From Chlamydiia bacterium (GTDB lineage: Bacteria; Chlamydiota; Chlamydiia; Chlamydiales; JBMOFD01), in the NCBI GenBank assembly GCA_049314435.1, contig JBMOFD010000045.1, forward strand, positions 1 to 15,140: a stretch of DNA of 15,140 bases. Direction: 5' to 3'. Positions 1-7,062 of the stretch are shown piece after piece. A model generated the notes under the pieces. It saw only the letters and a list, made by a program, of their open reading frames with translations. It was not told the DNA's origin and ran no database searches. Numbering within the stretch: the first letter of the stretch is position 1; every line of letters begins with the position of its first letter. The position numbers and the translations under genes are program-made.

Positions 1-237
1 ACCGCCGCAAGCAGCTAATTGAGCTTCATCGCCCTTGTCCGCATTAGCGGTTGTGGGCTCATCAGCACGACGACGACGGGAGCCGCCGCAACCAGCCAAT
101 TGGCTCTCGACGGCTGTTCCATCGCTGTTCAGCACGGATAAAGTGACTTGCTCTTGTTCATTCTGAGCGGTGGGTGCATCGTTGGTAGCAAAGCCGCAGG
201 CTGCTACGGTCATCAAGACCATGGCCATTTTACGCAT
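1..237 (-). CDS. Hypothetical exported protein or lipoprotein with repeated QLA(G/A)CGG motifs; runs off the window (3' truncated); absent from the ORF track
   Basis: ATG at 237-235 has an AAGGAG Shine-Dalgarno (249-244) 6 nt upstream. The frame is open to position 1: MRKMAMVLMTVAACGFATNDAPTAQNEQEQVTLSVLNSDGTAVESQLAGCGGSRRRRADEPTTANADKGDEAQLAACGG. The basic-then-hydrophobic N-terminus looks like a signal peptide. Confidence 0.8.
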   Translation of the reverse strand, partial: MRKMAMVLMTVAACGFATNDAPTAQNEQEQVTLSVLNSDGTAVESQLAGCGGSRRRRADEPTTANADKGDEAQLAACGG

Positions 238-333
238 GTGTAACTCCTTGTTAGTTCACGCAGGGAGGGGCAGTACGCAATACCACCTGCTCTAGCCAAG
301 ATATCGCAAGAGCCTATTCTCTTCCGCTGTCCC

Positions 334-1164
334 TCACTCTTTTGGATCAGACTGCGGAAGAACCTCTTTGTACACAGTCTTCTTTGACACCTGATTGAGT
401 TTGGCAACGAGCTTGATCGCCTGCATACGATCGAGTTGGAACGTGGTCTCTATGTACTCGCACTGCTCTCGGTAGGAGCCCTGTAACCAGTCTTGCTCCT
501 CCGCGGGAGGCGCGGCTAAGGCTAAGCACCACTCCCCACGAGGGTCAAGGACTTGGGGATGGCTAGCCAGACGACACGCCTCATCCTCAAGGATCTCTTC
601 AAACTTCTTGGTGAGCTCTCGTCCGATGGCCACTCGTCGGTGGGGAGCCAGCTCAGCGAGGAGCTGAAGAGTCCGGCCCACGCGGTGAGGACTCTCATAG
701 AAAAGGGTGGACCCACGGTAGATGAGGGCATCGATCAGAGTCGCCTTAGCCTCCTGCGTCGCATGGGGTAAAAAACCGATGAACTGGAAAGGGAGCTCCC
801 AACCCAAGGCGGGCCAGAGAGTCATGAAGGCACAGGGCCCAGGGATCACCGTAACCGCTTGACCCGCTGCTCGCACCGCCTTGACGACGACGGAGCCAGG
901 GTCGCATACCGCCGGCAGTCCGGCATCGCTGATCAGCGCTACCTGAGCGCCCTCCTCTAAAAGAGAGAGGACCTTCTGGATACGCGCCTGTTCATTGTGT
1001 TCGTGGAGGGAATGAATGGAGCCTCGAGTGCCCACCGCTTCCAGTAGAGGACGACTATGTCGCGTGTCTTCACAGAAGATCGCATCAGCCTGAGAGAGGA
1101 CCTCTCTAGCACGCGGACTTAAGTCGCTCATGTGACCAATGGGCGTACCAACGAGGAATAGCAC
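334..1164 (-). CDS. rsmI: 16S rRNA (cytidine(1402)-2'-O)-methyltransferase
   Basis: Motifs LFLVGTPIGHMSDLSPRA, CEDTR, SDAGLPAVCDPG, IPGPCA, FYESPHR and RELTKKFEE. Start moved from 1197 (inside the tRNA) to the in-frame GTG at 1164, giving the canonical MLFLVGTPIG start; 276 aa. Confidence 0.95.
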   Translation of the reverse strand: MLFLVGTPIGHMSDLSPRAREVLSQADAIFCEDTRHSRPLLEAVGTRGSIHSLHEHNEQARIQKVLSLLEEGAQVALISDAGLPAVCDPGSVVVKAVRAAGQAVTVIPGPCAFMTLWPALGWELPFQFIGFLPHATQEAKATLIDALIYRGSTLFYESPHRVGRTLQLLAELAPHRRVAIGRELTKKFEEILEDEACRLASHPQVLDPRGEWCLALAAPPAEEQDWLQGSYREQCEYIETTFQLDRMQAIKLVAKLNQVSKKTVYKEVLPQSDPKE

Positions 1165-1188
1165 GGGGGGGGCTCTTCGAGGAGTGAA

Positions 1189-1260
1189 AGGTGGCACCCA
1201 GATTCGAACTGGGGGATGGAGGCTTTGCAGGCCTCTGCCTTACCACTTGGCGATGCCACC
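1189..1260 (-). tRNA. tRNA-Cys (anticodon GCA), CCA not encoded
   Basis: Reverse complement reads GGTGGCA TC GCC AAGTGGTAA GGC A GAGGC CTGCAAA GCCTC CATC CCCAG TTCGAAT CTGGG TGCCACC T. It has a 7-bp acceptor stem, D arm, 5-bp anticodon stem with GCA, T arm with TTCGAAT, and the U73 discriminator typical of tRNA-Cys. Confidence 0.98.
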
Positions 1261-1277
1261 GCTCAGAGTTCTCGACG

Positions 1278-1307
1278 ACTATACACAAAGTGAGACCAAA
1301 ATGGCAA
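1278..1307 (-). promoter_or_regulatory. Sigma70/sigma66-type promoter for tRNA-Cys (possibly reading through into rsmI)
   Basis: Minus strand TTGCCA (1307-1302) - 18 nt - TATAGT (1283-1278), ending 17 nt upstream of the tRNA 5' end. Confidence 0.65.
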
Positions 1308-1397
1308 CGATGGGAGAGCGGCCGAAATTGAAGGCAGGGTCCTTCTCTTTTCAAGAAAGGGGCCCAGCCCTAGCCTGGTGTCGAGGCAGGGCTCCGC

Positions 1398-1427
1398 TTG
1401 AAAGGGCTCTTTCGCACGACTTAGTAT
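1398..1427 (+). promoter_or_regulatory. Possible sigma70-type promoter for the mraY operon
   Basis: TTGAAA (1398-1403) - 18 nt - TAGTAT (1422-1427). It would give a very short leader before the TTG at 1439, so it is uncertain. Confidence 0.3.
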
Positions 1428-1438
1428 GGGAGTCCGCT

Positions 1439-2488
1439 TTGGATCTGTTCATCTCCTTACCGGTGCGATGCCTTTCAGCGGCTTTTTTTACGGCCTTCTT
1501 TACATACAGAATGATGCCCCGTTGGATTCGACGGCAAACGGAGCGGGGACAGAGTCAACCGATTCGTTCGGCTGAGGTCGCCGAGTTAGGGGGCTTGCAT
1601 GCCGAAAAGGTATCCACTCCCACGATGGGTGGAGTGGTTCTCTTAGCCAGCACCCTGGCAGGTGGTCTCTTCGGCATGGACTGGAGCTGCCTTTTCTGCT
1701 GGATGCTGCCTATTTTGATGCTCATTATGGGGTCTCTTGGACTATGGGATGACCTGCTGAAGGTGAAGAAAAAAAGCTATCAGGGCCTCCACGGTCGGAA
1801 CAAGCTGTTCCTTGAACTCTTTGTGGGCGCGGTCTTTGCCTTCTTTGTGGTGAAGATCTCGGGAGGTTCAGCCCTAGCCCCCGAATCCCTTTACATTCCC
1901 TGGTGGGGTGTATGGACTGTGGGAGGTATGCTGGCGGCCCTTTCACTAGGTGGTTTAGCGACGGTAGCTTTTGCGGGCACGGTCAATGCGGTGAACCTCA
2001 CCGATGGACTCGATGGACTGGCGCCCGGTCTACTCGCGATGTGCTTTGGTACCGTTGTGTATGGCTGCCTCCATCTTCCGATGGAGAGCGCCATCGTGCA
2101 CCCTGAAGTCGTCGTGAATATCGCCGTCTGGTGCTCGGCTGCAGCAGCAGCGTGCTTCACCTTCTTATGGTTCAATGCTTCCAAGGCCATGGTCATCATG
2201 GGTGACACCGGATCCTTAGGTTTTGGGGCACTGCTGGGAGCGAGCTGCATCATGCTGCGCGCGGAGCTCGTCCTCCTCATCCTGGGCGGACTCTTCGTGG
2301 TTGAGGCCCTCTCTGTCATGATCCAGGTGGCAGTCTTCCAAAAAACGGGTCGCCGCGTGTTTCGCTGCACGCCGATCCACCATCACTTTGAGATGGCTGG
2401 AGTGCCCGAACCACGACTGGTGGTGCGTTTCTGGATGGTGCAAGTGATCTTATGTATGGTGGCATTATGGAGCCTAAGCAGGTTCTAA
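1439..2488 (+). CDS. mraY: Phospho-N-acetylmuramoyl-pentapeptide transferase
   Basis: Motifs TPTMGG, WDD, NAVNLTDGLDGL, MGDTGSL and PIHHHFE, plus multiple TM segments. The track start (1139) overlaps the tRNA. The in-frame TTG at 1439, preceded by GGGAG (1428-1432), gives 349 aa. The exact start is uncertain. Confidence 0.95.
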   Translation: MDLFISLPVRCLSAAFFTAFFTYRMMPRWIRRQTERGQSQPIRSAEVAELGGLHAEKVSTPTMGGVVLLASTLAGGLFGMDWSCLFCWMLPILMLIMGSLGLWDDLLKVKKKSYQGLHGRNKLFLELFVGAVFAFFVVKISGGSALAPESLYIPWWGVWTVGGMLAALSLGGLATVAFAGTVNAVNLTDGLDGLAPGLLAMCFGTVVYGCLHLPMESAIVHPEVVVNIAVWCSAAAAACFTFLWFNASKAMVIMGDTGSLGFGALLGASCIMLRAELVLLILGGLFVVEALSVMIQVAVFQKTGRRVFRCTPIHHHFEMAGVPEPRLVVRFWMVQVILCMVALWSLSRF

Positions 2489-3804
2489 TCCTCGGATGCG
2501 GCCGTTCTGGTCGAGCTGTCATTCCGGCTCTCCAACAGGAGGGCTGCGAGATCTGGGTCTATGATGATCGAGCTGCAGAGACTCCCGAGGGCTGTCTAAG
2601 GTGGTCTGGAGAGTCTAATAGGGAAGGCGTCTCGCAACGAGACTGGACCGAGGTCATTCTCTCTCCTGGCTTTGCTCCCCATCACCCCATCGTCGTTCAG
2701 CTGCGTGCACAGGGAGTTCCCATCCTATCTGAGGTGGAGTTTGGGCTCCGTCGGCTCGACCCAGGCGTACGGTTGGGTATCACGGGCACAAATGGAAAGA
2801 CGACCACGACCGAGTTAGCGGCCTGGATGCTGCAGCAAGCAGGACATCGTGCCAGCGCCTGCGGCAACAATGGGGTGCCGCTTTCCGGCTTGCCATCCGC
2901 TGCAGGCTCAGGAGGTCTGGTCATTGAGCTCAGTAGCTACCAGCTAGAAGAGGTGCAGAGGCCCTTCCTCGATGACGCTGTCTACCTCAATCTCACGCCC
3001 GATCATCTGGATCGATATGGGTCGATGGAGGCCTATGCCCTGGCTAAGGGGCGTATTCTAGATCTAATGCGGTCCGCTGACCGGGGCGAGCTTCTCGTCC
3101 ATTCTTCTCTCTTGAACTACTATCCGACCTGGAAGGCTCATCCGCAGATCCGGACGTTCGGCAGTGCCGAGGCCGATCTTCGATGGGAGAGTGGACGCGT
3201 GATGATGGGTGCCACGGTCATGGCCGATGCTCCAGGCTCTGTAGTGGATCGCCCCCAGCATGATTGGCTCAATGCTCTCGCGGCCGGATGGCTGGCTGTT
3301 CGACAAGGGCTCTCTTGGCCGCAGGTGATGGAACATTGGAGCTCCTTTGATAAGGGGCCTCACCGATGCCAGTGGATAGCGGACCGTCAAGGTGTCCGCT
3401 ACATCAATGATAGTAAAGGCACCAATCTAGACGCTACACTGCAGGCGATGCTCAGCTATCCACCTGGTCAGATCCTCATTGCCGGAGGGGTGCATAAAGG
3501 AGCTTCCTACGCGGCATGGAGGGAGTGTGTGCGAGAGCGCGTGCAGCGCATCCTCACGATTGGACAGGCGGCGGAGCAGATTGAGAGCGAACTGGGTGAT
3601 CTTGTCCCCGTCGAGCGCTGCACTGTCTTGGATCGAGCTGTGGTAAGAGCTGCCGAGCTGGCACAGCCCGGGGAGACTGTTCTGCTTTCACCAGGCTGTG
3701 CCAGCACCGATCAATTCCGCGATTATCGCCACCGCGGCGAGTGCTTTGAACAGTACGTCTTGCAATTGCCGGCGACATCTGACAACGTAAAGAGAGTGGG
3801 CTAA
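2467..3804 (+). CDS. murD: UDP-N-acetylmuramoyl-L-alanine--D-glutamate ligase
   Basis: Motifs VLILGCGRSG, SPG, GITGTNGKTTT, ELSSYQLE, NLTPDHLDRY, NDSKGTN and LLSPGCASTDQF. The ATG at 2467 (MEPKQVLILG) overlaps the mraY end. Confidence 0.96.
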   Translation: MEPKQVLILGCGRSGRAVIPALQQEGCEIWVYDDRAAETPEGCLRWSGESNREGVSQRDWTEVILSPGFAPHHPIVVQLRAQGVPILSEVEFGLRRLDPGVRLGITGTNGKTTTTELAAWMLQQAGHRASACGNNGVPLSGLPSAAGSGGLVIELSSYQLEEVQRPFLDDAVYLNLTPDHLDRYGSMEAYALAKGRILDLMRSADRGELLVHSSLLNYYPTWKAHPQIRTFGSAEADLRWESGRVMMGATVMADAPGSVVDRPQHDWLNALAAGWLAVRQGLSWPQVMEHWSSFDKGPHRCQWIADRQGVRYINDSKGTNLDATLQAMLSYPPGQILIAGGVHKGASYAAWRECVRERVQRILTIGQAAEQIESELGDLVPVERCTVLDRAVVRAAELAQPGETVLLSPGCASTDQFRDYRHRGECFEQYVLQLPATSDNVKRVG

Positions 3805-3833
3805 TCAGCCCGTCTGATCGTTGGGGCTTTCTT

Positions 3834-4538
3834 ATGCGACGTCGCGATGCGGTCTTGATCGCAGTCCTAGTCAATGCGGGACTGATGGTTTTTCTCTTCA
3901 CCTTAGCTGTCACAGGTCATGACGAGTCCTCGCAGACTCGCCCCCTCCCGTCACAAGGCGAACTGGTGGAGCTCATTCCGAATCCAGCAGATGAAGGGCT
4001 CTTCCAGGAGCCGACTCTTCTGGCTCAATCTCCCTGCCTAGATCCGTCGGGCGATGCGGAGATGACCTTTGTGCCCACAGTGTCTCTTGGTGATCCAGAG
4101 CAAGGCGTACTTGCGGCAGGACCGACCACGTCTGTGGCTTCCACTCCCGCCACTCCGGCAAAGAGCTACACGGTCAAGAAAGGGGATGCTCTCGAACGCA
4201 TCGCCAAGCAGCACCACGTCACTGTGGCAGCTCTCATGAAGGCGAACCAGCTTAAAAACACCTCTAAGCTCTCGATTGGCCAGGTGTTGACCATCCCCGG
4301 TTCGGCTGGGACCACAGTCGCTTCAGCGGCTAGGTCGACAGCAGCAGCTGAGGTAGAGGCCAACAAGTCGTCAACGGCTCAGATGGCTTCCAAGTACTAT
4401 ACGGTCCGCAAAGGGGATAACGTCTGGGCGATTGCTACACGCCATCACATGAAGACGGAAGAGCTCCTGCGCCTGAACCAGTTGACTCCAGAAATGGCTC
4501 GGCGGCTGCGTCCAGGAGACCGTTTGCGTGTACAATAG
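3834..4538 (+). CDS. nlpD: Membrane-anchored double-LysM peptidoglycan-binding protein (chlamydial NlpD-like)
   Basis: N-terminal MRRRDAVLIAVLVNAGLMVFLF TM anchor resembling chlamydial NlpD. Two LysM domains: YTVKKGDALERIAKQH...LSIGQVLTIP and YTVRKGDNVWAIATRH...LRPGDRLRV. It lies between murD and ftsW, as in Chlamydiae. Confidence 0.88.
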   Translation: MRRRDAVLIAVLVNAGLMVFLFTLAVTGHDESSQTRPLPSQGELVELIPNPADEGLFQEPTLLAQSPCLDPSGDAEMTFVPTVSLGDPEQGVLAAGPTTSVASTPATPAKSYTVKKGDALERIAKQHHVTVAALMKANQLKNTSKLSIGQVLTIPGSAGTTVASAARSTAAAEVEANKSSTAQMASKYYTVRKGDNVWAIATRHHMKTEELLRLNQLTPEMARRLRPGDRLRVQ

Positions 4539-5727
4539 GCGAGATGTTCGTCCACCCTTACTCCTGAGTGCAGCCGTTGCCGTCCTCATCGTCTGGGGCC
4601 TGCTGACTGTCTTCAATACATCCAGCGCTGAAGTGATCGACCGCCTACAAATGCGGTCGACCCATGCCGCTCTCTTCAAACAGACTCTATTTGCTGGAGT
4701 GGGTGTCCTCCTCTGTCTAACCTGCTGGAGGCGGGGGATCGATCTACTTCTTCGGCGTCCCTGGTGGCTATGGGGGGTGACCGTGGCCCTGCTCGTCTGC
4801 TGTTGGGTGCCGGGTATTGGCATGGCAGCCAATGGGGCCCACCGCTGGCTTCGCTTGGGGAGCATCTCCCTGCAGCCCTCGGAGATCGCCAAGATCGCTC
4901 TGCCCTTTCTCATGGTGGCCTGGTGTCGTGCCTCCGCCATTCAGAATTGGCGCTCCTTCTTGCTCTGCATGGCCCCGATCATCGTCCCGATCTTTTTAGT
5001 GCTCCTGGAGCCAGACAACGGCACCACGCTCATCATGCTCTTTGAGGTGACGCTGCTCCTCTTCTTGCTGCGTGTCCCCGCCAAATATTGGGCTATGCCC
5101 ATGGCGGTCGTCTGTCTAGTGGGTGCTGCGCTTGCTTGGCAGATGCCCCACGTCCATCGGCGTCTGGAGGTCTACCTGAACCCGGAGCTCGATCTACGAG
5201 GCAAGGGCCATCAGCCCTATCAAGCGCGTATTGCAGTGGGATCGGGGGGGCTCTACGGACGTGGTCTAGGGCAAGGTCTGCAGAAGCTCGAGTACCTCCC
5301 TGAAGCACAGAACGACTACATCGCAGCGATTGTAGCCGAGGAGACCGGCTTCTTAGGCATGTTGAGCCTCATCGCGTGTTACTGCTGCATCCTCCTCAGT
5401 GGGGCGTGGATCGGGCTCAGGCAGCTCCGTCCCGAGTTACGTGCCTTGGCTGTCAGCCTCTCCTGTGTTCTCGTCGTCCAGGCCTGCCTCAATCTCGGTG
5501 TGGTCTCTGGGGTCTTTCCCTCGACGGGGATCAACCTGCCGCTCTTTTCTCAAGGGGGGTCTAGCCTGCTCTGCAACCTAGCCCTTGTGGGGTGGTTATT
5601 GCACATTGCAGTGCCCATCCAGAGGCCCTCTTCGGCCTCTATCGAGCACTCTCTAAAGGCTCGTAGAGGATCTTTGAGTGGATTTTCAAGAATTCATTGG
5701 CGAGAAAAGCCCAACACGCTAGCCTGA
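4528..5727 (+). CDS. ftsW: SEDS-family peptidoglycan glycosyltransferase FtsW
   Basis: Motifs NGAHRW, QPSE, EPDNGT, LPEAQNDYI and PSTGINLPLFSQGGSSL; about 10 hydrophobic segments; dcw position upstream of murG. Confidence 0.93.
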   Translation: MYNRRDVRPPLLLSAAVAVLIVWGLLTVFNTSSAEVIDRLQMRSTHAALFKQTLFAGVGVLLCLTCWRRGIDLLLRRPWWLWGVTVALLVCCWVPGIGMAANGAHRWLRLGSISLQPSEIAKIALPFLMVAWCRASAIQNWRSFLLCMAPIIVPIFLVLLEPDNGTTLIMLFEVTLLLFLLRVPAKYWAMPMAVVCLVGAALAWQMPHVHRRLEVYLNPELDLRGKGHQPYQARIAVGSGGLYGRGLGQGLQKLEYLPEAQNDYIAAIVAEETGFLGMLSLIACYCCILLSGAWIGLRQLRPELRALAVSLSCVLVVQACLNLGVVSGVFPSTGINLPLFSQGGSSLLCNLALVGWLLHIAVPIQRPSSASIEHSLKARRGSLSGFSRIHWREKPNTLA

Positions 5728-5898
5728 AGCCAGGGGAGCGTCTCAGCACATAGCCTGCGATTGGTTGCTCGGGTCTTTGTTGGTATCAGTCATACCAAGA
5801 AGGGTTCGATTCGGCAAGACCAACGGAGCGTCAGCTGAGAGTCCGCGGCCGAGGGTGGCGGATCTACCCGATCTAGAGTCTTGAGGAGCGTTGCGGCC
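5658..5898 (+). ncRNA. Candidate long rod-shaped structured RNA (6S RNA-like architecture); ends approximate
   Basis: Nested helices read by eye: 5780-5786/5792-5798, 5769-5778/5800-5809 (4 G-U), 5761-5768/5814-5823, 5741-5747/5834-5840 and 5717-5725/5852-5860. There is an A-rich bubble at about 5686-5716 and a closing stem 5658-5684/5870-5898. The G-U pairs only work on the + strand. Confidence 0.5.
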
Positions 5899-5937
5899 AC
5901 GACTCATTGCGTCGAGAGTGGTCTCCACGTCAATTCT

Positions 5938-7062
5938 ATGAAAACGAAGCGGATTGTCATCGCGACTGGAGGGACAGGGGGACATCTCTATCCTGCCATC
6001 GCTTTGGCTCAGAACCTCCAACATACCCATCCAGGCGTGCAGATCTGCTTCGCAGGTGGGGGATTGGTGGGGAGTCCGTTCCTTCCTCAAGGCCCCCTCG
6101 GATGGGGCATTGTACCGATCTCAGCACCCAAGCCTTCCGCATGGCACCCCTTTAGTTTTCTCAAGAACTTTTGCCGAGGAGTGCAGGAGAGCCGAGCTCT
6201 GCTGCAGGACTTCTCTCCCGATCTGATGGTGGGGTTTGGTTCCTTCCATACAGTGCCGCTTCTAGTCGCCGCCCAATCCTCTGATGTGCCCTACCTGCTC
6301 CACGAGGGGAACGCCGTCCCCGGGCGGGTGAACCGGCTCTTTTCTGGACGGGCTCTGAGTACAGCCGTGACCTTCACAGAGGCAGGCCGACGCTTAGCAG
6401 GTCGCACCCATAGGGTGGCGATGCCGCTGCGGAGCCAGTTTCTGGAGAGTCCCATCGACCCTAGAATTGCCCGCGAACAACTAGGCCTCGATCCCGATCT
6501 CTTCACTCTGCTGGTGATGGGTGGCTCACAAGGAGCGCACGCTCTGAACTCAGTGATGCAGGTAGCGGCTCCATTATTACGGTCGACAGGTCCATTGCAG
6601 ATCCTCCACCTCGTGGGCCCTAATAAGAAAGAAGATGCTCAAAGTGTTCAGCAAGCCTACGACCGGGCTGGTATTCCTTCGATCGTGAAGACGTTTGAAC
6701 AGACCATGGAACGCGCTTGGAGTGCAGCGAGCCTCTGCTTGGCTCGCTCAGGAGCCTCGAGCCTAGCCGAACAGACAGCGTGTGGTGTGCCCGGTATCCT
6801 TGTTCCCTTTCCTAATGCTACCGATGACCACCAGACTGAGAATGCTCGCTGCTTCGAAGAGGAGTTTGGGGGAGCGATCATCGTTCCGCAATCGCACCTG
6901 TCAGCCCACCATTTAGCGCGTTGCATCGGTCAGCTGCGTGCTGACGATGAGCGTGAGCTCAATGCGAAGCGAGAGGCGATGCGCAAGGCCAGGAAGGGTG
7001 CTTGTACCCTTCCTCTAGTTGAGTTAGTCTCCGAAATGGCCGGGTGGCGGAGCGCAGGATGA
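5938..7062 (+). CDS. murG: Undecaprenyl-PP-MurNAc-pentapeptide N-acetylglucosamine transferase
   Basis: Motifs GGTGGHLYPA, HEGNAVPGRVNR, GGSQGA, RSGAS and DHQTENA. The ATG at 5938 (MKTKRIVIATGG) is preferred over the track start 5881. Confidence 0.96.
   Translation: MKTKRIVIATGGTGGHLYPAIALAQNLQHTHPGVQICFAGGGLVGSPFLPQGPLGWGIVPISAPKPSAWHPFSFLKNFCRGVQESRALLQDFSPDLMVGFGSFHTVPLLVAAQSSDVPYLLHEGNAVPGRVNRLFSGRALSTAVTFTEAGRRLAGRTHRVAMPLRSQFLESPIDPRIAREQLGLDPDLFTLLVMGGSQGAHALNSVMQVAAPLLRSTGPLQILHLVGPNKKEDAQSVQQAYDRAGIPSIVKTFEQTMERAWSAASLCLARSGASSLAEQTACGVPGILVPFPNATDDHQTENARCFEEEFGGAIIVPQSHLSAHHLARCIGQLRADDERELNAKREAMRKARKGACTLPLVELVSEMAGWRSAG

Noticed and set aside
213..407. 64-aa minus-strand ORF
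   Set aside because: It overlaps the rsmI end and the better supported ORF starting at 237, and has no recognisable features.
1165..1197. rsmI start at GTG 1197
   Set aside because: It lies within the tRNA acceptor stem; GTG 1164 gives the canonical N-terminus.
1139..1438. 100-aa N-terminal extension of MraY in the ORF track
   Set aside because: It overlaps rsmI, the tRNA-Cys and its promoter on the other strand and has no MraY-like character.
5800..5815. GGGTTCGATTC resembling a tRNA/tmRNA T-loop
   Set aside because: The flanks do not form a T-stem, and no acceptor stem or cloverleaf can be built.
5720..5875. c-di-AMP (ydaO) riboswitch, SRP RNA or RNase P RNA
   Set aside because: Only a CGTCAGCT fragment resembles ydaO; the other conserved blocks, the SRP helix-8 motif and the RNase P GAGGAAAGTCC motif are absent.
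5743..6090. 115-aa minus-strand ORF across the ftsW-murG spacer
   Set aside because: It is antisense to the murG start and has no motifs; the spacer is better explained by + strand RNA structure.
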